Assembly (NCBI GenBank): GCA_963769425.1 | Contig: CAVYLP010000004.1 | Location: 320,001 to 384,000, forward strand | DNA: 64,000 nt | Source: Candidatus Bathyarchaeota archaeon | Lineage (GTDB): Archaea > Thermoproteota > Bathyarchaeia > TCS64 | Direction of reading: 5' to 3' | Part shown: positions 48,478-57,999 of the stretch, piece by piece | How the letters are laid out: each line of letters opens with the position of its first letter | Position numbering within the stretch: the stretch's first letter is position 1 | Position numbers and translations under genes: made by a program | Notes under the pieces: model-generated | The model's database searches: none | What the model was told of the DNA's origin: nothing | The model's input: only the letters and a program-made list of their open reading frames with translations

Positions 48478-48717
48478 TTGTTTATGATTTCCGTGGTAAC
48501 CTGGAGATACACCATATCCATTGTGGGACTTAACTTACTCTTTGTACATCTCCTTGAGATAAACCTACATGAATTTCAGAGTACAGTACACATCATCTTG
48601 GTTTATTCCACAGGTGCAATTGGGTCAATTCTCGTCCTAGTTGGATCGTACTACGTGATCAAATTTTGGCTACTGCACCGCAAGTTCATGCGGGAGTTGG
48701 ATAAGTTTTTTTCCTGA
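48478..48717 (+). CDS. Small two-TM membrane protein
   Basis: Two hydrophobic segments and a basic tail. Confidence 0.45.
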   Translation: MFMISVVTWRYTISIVGLNLLFVHLLEINLHEFQSTVHIILVYSTGAIGSILVLVGSYYVIKFWLLHRKFMRELDKFFS

Positions 48718-48889
48718 TATTCGTGATGGCTAGGTGTGTACACTTTATTCGACCAATAATCGATACCCCCAGAGATCCAGTCATCACGCGCTGAGTTTGT
48801 TTAGAAATTAATATTTACAAACACTCTCCTTAAAAAAGATGGTAATATGAATCGGGTATGAGGCTAGGTTTAGACATTGGCTTTTACGT

Positions 48890-49276
48890 CTAAACTCTGC
48901 GTTTAATCAGACTTCTGATCTCCTCGGCGACAGTGTCGCGGATACGTAAGCTCTTTAAAATGAATCTATTTGCACCCGCGGATAGCGCGGCCTCCGCGAC
49001 CTTATCATCGTCCACCATGCTGTAGACTATTATCGGAACATTCGAGGTACGGCGGATACTTCTCACCAACTCGATTCCATTCATTTCCTTCATCAAACAG
49101 TCGGTCACAACGCAGTCGAACTCGTTGCGGTGGATCTCATCTACTGTCTCGTTGGGTGAGGAGCAAAATCTAACGAGCATATCGTCTTCTGGCTCGAAGA
49201 ATAGCTTCATTGCTTCTAACTGATAAGCGTCGTCGTCGACGCAGAGAACTCTTATTTTTTCCTTACGTTTGGACAT
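48890..49276 (-). CDS. Stand-alone response regulator receiver protein
   Basis: VLCVDDD, VVTDCLMKEMNG (phospho-Asp), IIVYS and FILK. Confidence 0.9.
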   Translation of the reverse strand: MSKRKEKIRVLCVDDDAYQLEAMKLFFEPEDDMLVRFCSSPNETVDEIHRNEFDCVVTDCLMKEMNGIELVRSIRRTSNVPIIVYSMVDDDKVAEAALSAGANRFILKSLRIRDTVAEEIRSLIKRRV

Positions 49277-49451
49277 TGGATTTCTATGTTTATTATTTTT
49301 ATCATTATATGTTAAAAGCTTTAGCCTGTGAGGATTCGATAGGGATGATTTATGCGCTTACCTATTTCGAAGCATTCAACATGATGACCTTTTCTAAACA
49401 AAGCTAGCACACTACTCTGGGTAACGGAGTCAATTTTAACCCTGCTTTTTC

Positions 49452-49796
49452 CTAACCAATTATCGCCTGGATTTGTTCCTGCAACCTCGTAACGTTTGCC
49501 ATAAGTTGCTGCAACATGGTCCCCTGAGTTTCGATGAGTATGCTCTGGGCCTGAAGTTGTGCGGCTTGAGCTTGAATCTGTACATCTTGGGCCTGAATCT
49601 GTGCATCTTTGGCCAGAAGTTGAGCGTCCTTTGCTTGAAGCAGTGCATCTTTCGCGGTTATCTCCGCGTCTTGGCTCTGAAGTCTGGCTTGAGAGGCGAC
49701 GTTTTGATTTTGGATAGATGTTGAGGCAATGATGTATCCTCCAACCAGGCCCCCAGTCAAACAGATTATCGCTAGGATATAGAGTTTCGAATCCAT
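49452..49796 (-). CDS. Membrane-anchored heptad-repeat coiled-coil protein
   Basis: N-terminal TM helix, then AKDALLQ/AKDAQLL/AKDAQIQ/AQDVQIQ/AQAAQLQ repeats. Confidence 0.75.
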   Translation of the reverse strand: MDSKLYILAIICLTGGLVGGYIIASTSIQNQNVASQARLQSQDAEITAKDALLQAKDAQLLAKDAQIQAQDVQIQAQAAQLQAQSILIETQGTMLQQLMANVTRLQEQIQAIIG

Positions 49797-49907
49797 GGAA
49801 CTAGGTTGTGGAAGAGAAGTTAAGTTTTATGACGATTAATCTTATCAATGTTAAATCAACCGTGAACTGATCACTTTTAAAAGCTCTTGCGCCGTGTGTG
49901 CCCGTCA

Positions 49908-50279
49908 TTACAATATCTTTGAGATAGCTTTCCTCGTCTCAGCGGGGAAGTTCTCCAATAAGCAAGTCAACATTGTTTCAACTATGTATTTTCTAAATCC
50001 TTCTTCATCCAATGGAGGGTGATAGACGTAGTGATGACCACCTTTACCGGTCGCGTCATCCCCTCGTATTACCAACATTTCACGCATTGCTTCAAGGAAA
50101 TTGATGATGCTCGCTTTACTGATAGGTTCATTATTGAGGGCCTTGACCACGGAGTTCCAGACAGTACTGCTGGATACTCCCTCGGGATGACTCCAAACCA
50201 CCTTTATCGTCTCAAGTTGCCAGTCCTTGATGACCGCAAGGAAGCCGATCCGAGACGTATCGAATTCGATTTCGTTCAT
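49908..50279 (-). CDS. Winged-helix regulator (BlaI/Lrs14/TrmB-like), paralog of 32667-33035
   Basis: ISKASIINFLEAMREM...TGKGGHHYVY. Confidence 0.85.
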   Translation of the reverse strand: MNEIEFDTSRIGFLAVIKDWQLETIKVVWSHPEGVSSSTVWNSVVKALNNEPISKASIINFLEAMREMLVIRGDDATGKGGHHYVYHPPLDEEGFRKYIVETMLTCLLENFPAETRKAISKIL

Positions 50280-50558
50280 CCTAATTAATTAAACATCTAG
50301 GTTAGTTTTAAATATTTATCAAAATTAAATTAAGATTGCTATTTGCTTAATCGCGCATATAAAACCTGGAGGAGAACTCCTACGATTTCTTGCCAATCTA
50401 TTTGGAAGTACTACGTCTGACGGGGAAAATGGGAGCCGCTAATTAATTCTGCAAAGGATCCTCTTTAACGCCACATCCAGAAAAGATTTCCTCGTAGAAA
50501 AAATCGATATATTTATTTAAAAAATATTTGACGCCCGTGCTGTCTGTTTCCTATACAA

Positions 50559-50969
50559 TCATTTATAGTCCTTCATATGGGGCAGAGGTAGTGGATGTAT
50601 CTCATATTTTGGTTCGTTTTCTTCTGCTGTTGGTTCGCTGCTCTGCTGATTGATGTCTAATTCATCTAGCTTAGCCTGGCGTTCCTTAATGCATCTCGGG
50701 CAATGGAGTATCATGTAGTGCCCACTTGGGGTTGTGATCTGGAAACCATGATCTTCGCACTCTATGAGATAACAGGGTATCTCCGACTTCCATCCACTCA
50801 TGCGAATGTAGCCAACCTCAACGTTGCCTTGGAGTCTTAGGGTGAGTCTCTGAACGACGCTCAGCTTTTCGACTACTCTTTCAATTACAAAGGGATCGAA
50901 GTTGCCGAGTTTAGCCACACCGCTGAAATCGATGCCCGAGGAGCCCCTAGCCATTCCAATCAGTATCAC
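50559..50969 (-). CDS. Hypothetical protein with a CxxH...CxxC Zn-ribbon
   Basis: CEDHG...LHCPRC. Confidence 0.6.
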   Translation of the reverse strand: MILIGMARGSSGIDFSGVAKLGNFDPFVIERVVEKLSVVQRLTLRLQGNVEVGYIRMSGWKSEIPCYLIECEDHGFQITTPSGHYMILHCPRCIKERQAKLDELDINQQSSEPTAEENEPKYEIHPLPLPHMKDYK

Positions 50970-51104
50970 ATTTTAGTGTACAAGTAAACCAATTGCGGAT
51001 CGTGACTCCATATCAATAATATGTACTAATTTGTGCTTCGTGGATTAATATAGAAGCCCAATTCATACGACCCCATCAACCCAGTTCCAAATATTAACCA
51101 TGGA

Positions 51105-52256
51105 TTAGCGAAGATAGTTGTCATTGACCTTTTTTACGCCGTCTATGATGGATTCGAGTTCGCTGTAGGATAGATATGGGTGCATAGGTAGGCTTAGTAT
51201 CATCTTAGACAGGTCCTCCGAGATGGGGCAACTCACGGGCTTCAGTAGTTCCTCGATTATGGGCTGCTTGTTGAGGGGCGTCGGGTAATGGACTCCGCAG
51301 TCGATGTTCTCAGCTTGGAGTGCCTTCATGAATTCGTCTCGGGTACATTTGAGGTGGTCCAGATCCAGCCTGATGCTGAAGTAGCTGTAGCTGGGGTTTG
51401 TGGATGGTGTAATCTTCTGTGGATGGACTGCCTCAGAGTTGCTGAGACCTTTGATGAGGGTCTTCGCGTTAGCTCTTCGCTTAGCTAGGAATTCGTTTAG
51501 CTGGGCCAGCTGGTTTAGGCCGATCACCGACATTATGTCGGTGATCCTGTAGTTCAACCCCAGAATAACATGGTGGTACCTGCCGTCATCGCCGTGGCTG
51601 CGTATAAGCGAGCCCAGTCGATGTAGCTCGTCGTCGTTTGTTGTGACAATGCCTCCCTCTCCGGTGGTCAGTGTCTTCGTGGGGTAGAAGCTGTAGCAGC
51701 TTATGTCTGGCCATGAGCCAAGGTCTTTGCTCATGTATTCGGTGCCGTGGGCCTGTGCGCAGTCGTTGATTATTCTGAGGTTGTGATCCTTAGCGATCTC
51801 CGCTAGTGCCTTCATGTCGCAGCTGTTACCGAAGAGGTGAACTGGGGCTATTGCCTTCGTCTTGTTACTGATCTTTTCTTTAACTTTCTCCGGGTCGAGG
51901 AGGAAGGTTTCGGGGTCGACGTCGGCTAGGATGGGCTTAGCGTTGCTGTAGATTATGGTGCTGATGGTGGCGATGAATGTGAAGGCGGGGGCGATGACCT
52001 CATCTCCGGGTTTTAGGGTGGATAGGTATGCGCAGTGGAGAGCCGCTGTGCCGTTGGAGACGGCGTAGGCGTGCTTCGCACCTACCCTCTCTGCGAATGT
52101 GTCTTCGAATTGTTTCGTGTATGGTCCTTGGCGGACATAGCCCGATTTCAGGACCTTTGCGATGTCGTCCGCGTCCTTCTGGCTGAAGAGGGGTTTGGCG
52201 AGGGGGATCTTGTGATCGGAGGCGGGTCTCCCGCCGTCGATGGCTAGTTTATCCAT
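51105..52256 (-). CDS. DegT/DnrJ/EryC1/StrS-family aminotransferase
   Basis: SNGTAALH, FTFIAT, DCAQAHG and SFYPTKTLTTGEGG motifs. Confidence 0.95.
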   Translation of the reverse strand: MDKLAIDGGRPASDHKIPLAKPLFSQKDADDIAKVLKSGYVRQGPYTKQFEDTFAERVGAKHAYAVSNGTAALHCAYLSTLKPGDEVIAPAFTFIATISTIIYSNAKPILADVDPETFLLDPEKVKEKISNKTKAIAPVHLFGNSCDMKALAEIAKDHNLRIINDCAQAHGTEYMSKDLGSWPDISCYSFYPTKTLTTGEGGIVTTNDDELHRLGSLIRSHGDDGRYHHVILGLNYRITDIMSVIGLNQLAQLNEFLAKRRANAKTLIKGLSNSEAVHPQKITPSTNPSYSYFSIRLDLDHLKCTRDEFMKALQAENIDCGVHYPTPLNKQPIIEELLKPVSCPISEDLSKMILSLPMHPYLSYSELESIIDGVKKVNDNYLR

Positions 52257-52807
52257 GTTAACTTCTTGATCATCGGATGATTTAATAGATGTAGTCTTAC
52301 CAAACCATTTCTTCAGACTTCGGGATTGTTGGAGAGGACCAGTGTGCTGGCGAGTGTTAATCTAATCATGTTTGACTTGGAGCACATGAGTTACAGAAAA
52401 TCACTCAAACTTAATTAGCTCAATTCTCTTGATATCTTTGTATTAGTACACTGGAGGCAAAAAAGATTCTGAAAATCACTCCAGAGCAAGAAGAGGAGCT
52501 CGGCATCGTAACGGATAGGAATATCTTCGAGTTTTGGAAGGAGGAGGTTTTAAGACTCTACCAGAAGGGGTGAAAGGAACCCCATGCCGGAAATCTCAAG
52601 CGGGCACTCCAAAGAAGCACGTAGATTGATGGTGGGAAGAATCAATATACTTGGAGTGAGAGGGGATTGGCGCTCATCGAGGCAGAGTTGAGGAGTAAGG
52701 ATATTGTTGTCGAGCGCACAGGTCATTCCGCTGGAGATAGATATTGCACACTTACAAATTTCTACGTGCAGGGCCTGTGATTTTAATTACGGGTAGTTCA
52801 CCTACCC

Positions 52808-54037
52808 TCAGATTAGAATCATCGAGGCTCCAGCTGCCAATGGGATGAGCAGGTTATCATCGATTGGTAGGGGGATTGTCTCGATCAGGAGACCAGATGC
52901 TGCGCCCATTATGGCGGTAACCGGATCCACGAATAACAGCGCGCCCAAGAGTGCGAAGACGAAGCCGAATATTGAGCCTTCGACACTCTTTCCCCGATTG
53001 AAGGGGATCTTCGTTTTCCCAAATCTCTTGCCGAGTATTGAGGCTGAGCTGTCGCCGAGCGTTAGCACGGCTATCGCGGCGTATCCTATCCTCGCCGGAA
53101 ATATTAGTAGGGCTAGAGCTATACCCATTGCATGGAATATTGGTGCGGTGTTGAACTCCTGAAGCTCTGATCTGTCAGCGGCCCAAAGGGTGATCCTTGA
53201 GATTAAGGGTACATTGGTTCCATGGATTCTAAGCAGCTCGGAGGCGGAGTAGATTAGCGCCGCTACGATTAGTAGCGCCGCTACTGTCTGGTTGTTGAGC
53301 AGATAGATGCAGAGGAATGGGATTAACAGTCCGCTGGTGTGGATCGCCTCTCGAATCACGTTGCCTGTGGTTATTTGGGTGTCATGCATAGCCTCTCCTG
53401 TTAGTATTCGCGGGATCTCTGAGAGGTCCTCCTTCACAACGTAATCTGCCCCTCTACCAATCACATAGTCTGGGTTGAAGCCGATGCTGAGCCCGCAGAT
53501 CCTCAGCAGTTGCATGTTGTTTAGGTCGTCTACGACGATTGCGCAGTTCTCTGAGGAGAGACCCTCACTAGCAATTATCTCCTCGAGGGCAGCAACCTTG
53601 CCTTTCTCCTTGATCACATTCCCTGATATTTCGCCTGTGAGTACGCCGTCTCGAGTCTCTACACGTATCCCGGTAGAGTAGTCCGCTCCGAGATGCCTCG
53701 CTAAGTCAGCTACCATCTCATCGGGGAGACCCGAGCTTATTAACGCGGTTTTAAACCCCAGGCTCTTTAAATCGGTAAAGAGCTTCTCGGACCCCGGCAT
53801 GAGTGGGATGTCTTCGAAGGCCGTTGATAGTTCTCCAATCTGTGTTCCCTTGAGTGATCTGAAGACGGATCTTAGAGAACGCTCCAGCGAGAGGAGCCCC
53901 ATCGAGTAGAGAGCCCCGATTGTTGCGAACTTAATGAAGGATGTAATTGCGTGACCTCTTCGTGCCCCGAATAGTAGGAAGCGTCTCTTTGGTATGAGCA
54001 CTCCCTCTACGTCGAATACTACTAGTTTGATGGGCAA
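52808..54037 (-). CDS. HAD (SerB-like) domain fused to a dolichol/phytol kinase-like (CTP-dependent) membrane domain
   Basis: VVFDVEGVL, LISSG and K motifs; then REAIH, LGDSSASILGKRFG, KSVEGS and IDDNLLIP. Confidence 0.85.
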   Translation of the reverse strand: MPIKLVVFDVEGVLIPKRRFLLFGARRGHAITSFIKFATIGALYSMGLLSLERSLRSVFRSLKGTQIGELSTAFEDIPLMPGSEKLFTDLKSLGFKTALISSGLPDEMVADLARHLGADYSTGIRVETRDGVLTGEISGNVIKEKGKVAALEEIIASEGLSSENCAIVVDDLNNMQLLRICGLSIGFNPDYVIGRGADYVVKEDLSEIPRILTGEAMHDTQITTGNVIREAIHTSGLLIPFLCIYLLNNQTVAALLIVAALIYSASELLRIHGTNVPLISRITLWAADRSELQEFNTAPIFHAMGIALALLIFPARIGYAAIAVLTLGDSSASILGKRFGKTKIPFNRGKSVEGSIFGFVFALLGALLFVDPVTAIMGAASGLLIETIPLPIDDNLLIPLAAGASMILI

Positions 54038-54370
54038 TTCGCTCTTCTCTAGTCTGGTCGCGTAGTATCTTTTAAAACGTACAGTGCTCTATATCCACTT
54101 CTCTAGGACCGTTGGGTAAGATTTCAATTTGTAATAATCTGAGTTCGGAAATTATTGATGGGAAATGTGCAGTAGTTATTTCAAAGATTTTGTCTTCTTA
54201 AGGCTGCTTAAGATTAATACACGTGAATTGTATGATTCTAATTAGGATGCTGTTATTGAGTCGACTAAGTTGGCGCGAATTTTAATAGCACCACTCATTA
54301 ATCTATGAATTAGCTGGGGATATTAATTGCACTACTAAAGCACGGATTCCAGAGATAAGGTTAAGATTAT

Positions 54371-54541
54371 GTGGATTTGCATCGTATTAAGTATTTAACG
54401 TCTCAAACTAGTAGCGTCGTCTTCGCAGTCGATTTCCTACATCTGGGAGTTGTAGCGGTTTTCTTGATTATTACTTTGTTTTTAGCTGTTCTCCTTCGTA
54501 GGAGAGGCGGAAACAGGGAGACCTCTTCAGAGAAGAAGTAG
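54371..54541 (+). CDS. Possible small single-pass membrane protein (56 aa)
   Basis: Manual translation from GTG: ...FLHLGVVAVFLIITLFLAVLLRRR... Confidence 0.35.
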   Translation: MDLHRIKYLTSQTSSVVFAVDFLHLGVVAVFLIITLFLAVLLRRRGGNRETSSEKK

Positions 54542-54751
54542 GAGCAGACGTTACCTCAACCTTAAACCCTCCAAATGGACTGTTCCACAATCTACTCCAG
54601 AATCTTCAGAAAGAAGGAGTGGATAGTCTTCTGCGCCAACGTGGCGATTGAGGTTTACGAAGTGGATGATCGTGATTAGGATCGCGCATGTGGTCAGGTA
54701 GGTGCCGCCCAACTAGGAATTGGATCAATGCGGCATTAATCACAAGTTGTT

Positions 54752-55009
54752 TTAAAGATTAGTTTTTCTTCCCCAGTAACTGCACCAGTTTTTTTGTCGC
54801 ATCTCTCCATATTGATCTTTATTTATACATGAAATCTCAAAGTAATCTTTGGTTAGCTTTTCTCCGTTATTAAACCTGCATCTCAAGCAAATCAAAATTG
54901 TTGTATCCCAATCTGGATCGTGGTAACCAACCCGTACAAACATAGATTTGCTATTCGGGGCCTCATGGAAGCGTTCTAATGGTATGTATGCCCCCGAACC
55001 AGACTCCAT
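54752..55009 (-). CDS. Hypothetical Cys-containing protein
   Basis: 85-aa ORF with CLRC and further Cys. Confidence 0.45.
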   Translation of the reverse strand: MESGSGAYIPLERFHEAPNSKSMFVRVGYHDPDWDTTILICLRCRFNNGEKLTKDYFEISCINKDQYGEMRQKNWCSYWGRKTNL

Positions 55010-55120
55010 AGAAAAAATAAATTAACCTATTTTTATAAACACGACTCTTTGAATCCTTAATTTATTTGACTAAAGACTAATTTTTTAAACTGATGTTTCT
55101 GTGTCGATTTCAAGCGCCAA

Positions 55121-55315
55121 TTAAGGTCGAGGGAAAATCGTTTTGCATTTAATACACTTTAAAATCTGTTTTCTCTTGTTGTCGACATCGACACTTGCAA
55201 AGATTGATTTCTTGGCTCCGCATATCGGACAATCACCGCCCCATTCGACTTTCTTATCACTATGAGAATTGGACAATTCGAAAACCACCCGGATGAGGTG
55301 TACGATACTTTTCAC
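55121..55315 (-). CDS. Small Zn-ribbon protein
   Basis: CPICG...CIKC. Confidence 0.55.
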   Translation of the reverse strand: MKSIVHLIRVVFELSNSHSDKKVEWGGDCPICGAKKSIFASVDVDNKRKQILKCIKCKTIFPRP

Positions 55316-55627
55316 CGGAGTTTATATTAGTTTAGCTAAGTAAGCACGGGCAAGTGCTAGATGCGATTACAACGTCCCGTTAAGCATTCTTCACTAAGGA
55401 ACGGATATCGTGCATTGTAGGTCTCATCGGATATCGTCAATGTTCTATGACCCTGTGTATGCACATACGTGGCGCTCGCTGTATACAAAATTCCGTATCA
55501 TATTTTGAAATAATTACAATATATTGGATTATACGGATATATTTTTTGTAATTATTGTGAGTTTTTTCATAATAAATTTATTAACCTCAACTACGTACGC
55601 TGTGGAAGAACAAGTATCTTAGCGGAC

Positions 55628-56635
55628 TTGAACACGAGGAAGCATCCATTGAAAACGGAACTAACCACAGGCGGAAGCCAAGTCGCGTCAGACATCCCGA
55701 GGCCTCTTGATCAGCTCTCTGAAGTGGAGCTTGAGAGAAAGTCCTGCATCGGCAGGGTAATGACATACACATTGAGTAATCTCACCAATTACTTCACAGT
55801 GAACGGATTCCAGTGGCTACTTCCCGTCGCCCTCTCCAGATCGACGGACCCGCTTTGGCCCGACCCAGGGGCATCGATCGATAAGCGGATCGAGGTGGAC
55901 ATCTATGGTGAGACGGTCCGGACAACTTCGAGCATGATCGTTCACAAGTTAATTGCCGCCTCCCTCGCTTATCCTAAACTATTCATCCTGTCCCCAAACA
56001 TCAGGATCGAGAAGGCTGAGCGTGCGAAGACGGGGAAGCACGTCTACGAGTTCACTCAATTGGACTTCGAAGCCAGAGACGCCACGTCCGCGGATGTCAT
56101 GAGGCTCGTGGAGGGCGCTGTCTGTGGGCTGGTTGAAAATCTGAGGAGATATGAGGCGGAGGACCTAAGACGCCTTGAGAGATTCGACGAGCTGAGTGTT
56201 CCCAAGAAGCCGTTCACCGTTTACGACGCTGCTCAGTTGGAGGCTGAGTTCGGTGCTGGATGGGAGACGAAGCTGGTCGGTGAGATCAAGGCGCCTGTGT
56301 GGTTAACTAACATCCCCCGTGAGTTCTACGACTTTGAGGACTTCGAGTCGGGGAGGTGGGATAATTACGATCTTCTGATGCCGGGTTACGGTGAGGTTCT
56401 CTCGGGCGCCAAGAGGGAGTGGGAGTACCAGAAGATGCTGAGGAAGATGGAGAGGGACGGCGTCAGGAAGGAAAACTTTGCATTGATACTGAGGCTGGCG
56501 AAGGAGGGAAGGATCAAGCCTACCGCGGGCGCCGGCATCGGGGTTGAGAGAATCGTAGGCTGGATAACGGGGGCTAAACACATCGGGGAGACCCAGCCAT
56601 TCCCGAAGGTCCCTGGCACGGTTTATGAACTATAA
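55628..56635 (+). CDS. asnA: Archaeal asparagine synthetase A (AsnRS-like catalytic domain without an anticodon domain)
   Basis: TDPLWPDP, SMIVHK, SPNIRIE, EFTQLDFE, GEVLSG..REWEY and GAGIGVER motifs. Confidence 0.85.
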   Translation: MNTRKHPLKTELTTGGSQVASDIPRPLDQLSEVELERKSCIGRVMTYTLSNLTNYFTVNGFQWLLPVALSRSTDPLWPDPGASIDKRIEVDIYGETVRTTSSMIVHKLIAASLAYPKLFILSPNIRIEKAERAKTGKHVYEFTQLDFEARDATSADVMRLVEGAVCGLVENLRRYEAEDLRRLERFDELSVPKKPFTVYDAAQLEAEFGAGWETKLVGEIKAPVWLTNIPREFYDFEDFESGRWDNYDLLMPGYGEVLSGAKREWEYQKMLRKMERDGVRKENFALILRLAKEGRIKPTAGAGIGVERIVGWITGAKHIGETQPFPKVPGTVYEL

Positions 56636-56834
56636 TCTCCGAGTTTTTTTGTGTGGGTGGAAGTCTAGGTAGTTTTACCCTTACTCGTGCGTGCTGAGAT
56701 TAGATGATTACTAGCAGGAAATACTTGTTAAGCAGATTAGGTGTATAAAACGAGGATTTCCATCCCACAAACGGGATCGTTATGTTATACTAGTAAGAGC
56801 AGAGTTCATCGAGTAGACCCTGGCTGGTAGGCCA

Positions 56835-57092
56835 ATGAAGGAGTCCATGAGCTGGATAGAGGAGGTAATCCACCCGAGCATTGGAATGCTCGAGAAGGCG
56901 TCTATGGACAAGAAGCTGCTAAGAGGCACGCTCGCAGGTGGACGAGAAGGTGTTTTCGTATTGGAGGCTTCCTCAAATGAGGAAGTCGGAAAATTCCTTC
57001 GAAATTTGCCCTTTTGGTTTGCCATGAAGTGGTCGATTATTCCTCTCCAGTCCTTCAGGAGCACCGAGACTATTGTTCGGATTTTTCATTGA
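56835..57092 (+). CDS. Muconolactone-isomerase/YCII-like small protein, possibly partial
   Basis: AGGREGVFVLEASSNEEV..FL.NLPFW. Confidence 0.5.
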   Translation: MKESMSWIEEVIHPSIGMLEKASMDKKLLRGTLAGGREGVFVLEASSNEEVGKFLRNLPFWFAMKWSIIPLQSFRSTETIVRIFH

Positions 57093-57143
57093 ACTGTTAA
57101 CATCCGCATAAAATTAAAGTTATTAACACGACCGGCGCGCGCC

Positions 57144-57757
57144 GCCTTGTCCCTTTATTGGATAATACCGGTTTTAAACGGTCATACCCCCCATCACCGG
57201 CTGAGAGGATCAACTGAATCCCTTCCCCGAGTTATCCCCCCGCCAACCCACCCGCCACGACGTTTCCCTGTAAGTGGTAACCACTAATAAGGTGTTTCCA
57301 CGGGACACCCTTCACACCGATGAATGAACACATCCAAACCGGGTTACGCCTACGATTGAATAGCGTCCACCCACCCCGCCTCTATTCACATCGTTCAATG
57401 AAGCGCGATCCACGCCCTTCAATGGATTGTTGAAGGCACACGGAATGCAACGGTTTTCAATCGATATTCAACGGTTTTTAACACGTTTCAGGTGGTTCCG
57501 GCGACGCGTCCCCGATGACGTCGCTATATATAGCTGAGTCTGTGGAGGAGAATGCAACGGGATTTTTTTGAGAAGCCTATGTGATTGCGGGTGAGGGGAA
57601 AGGAAGCCGTTGAATTAGTTTTAAGGTACCTCGCTAATTTTGTCGTTTCTTTGGTGGTTCAGGATCTCGGTGTCAGAAGGGTCTATTTGGTGCCTTATTT
57701 GGCGTGATGGTGTTTAGGACCGTTTTAAACCGTCTGTTATCAATTTAGGGACAAGGC
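57144..57757. other. 614-bp non-coding element bounded by 54-bp imperfect inverted repeats
   Basis: 57144-57197 versus the reverse complement of 57704-57757; the outer 11 bp (GCCTTGTCCCT) are identical. Confidence 0.75.
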
Positions 57758-57999
57758 AGAGTGGGGGTTCGGCCCAATCGGTAGGCTCGTTCAATGTTTA
57801 GGTGATTCGGGCATGGATTATGCCTTCATTTGGGCGTTGGCTATGAGCCTAGAACCACTCGTGGTGTTGACGTGATTATCACCATAAGCGACAATGACCT
57901 TAGGATGGTCATTGATTTTTTCCACTGCGTGTCCCTCGATATAGGTGAGCGAATGATGAATGAAGTAACCTTATCGGGCTAAAACATCGCCACATTGGT

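Noticed and set aside
52370-52780. Degraded coding remnant between the aminotransferase and the HAD fusion
   Set aside because: Protein-like stretches are broken by stops and no family is recognisable
55628-56635. Truncated asparaginyl-tRNA synthetase as a novelty
   Set aside because: Matches the known archaeal AsnRS-derived asparagine synthetase family
57760-57850. Possible tRNA-like sequence (GGGGGTTCGGCCC...)
   Set aside because: Could not fold a cloverleaf with a proper acceptor stem and T-arm spacing
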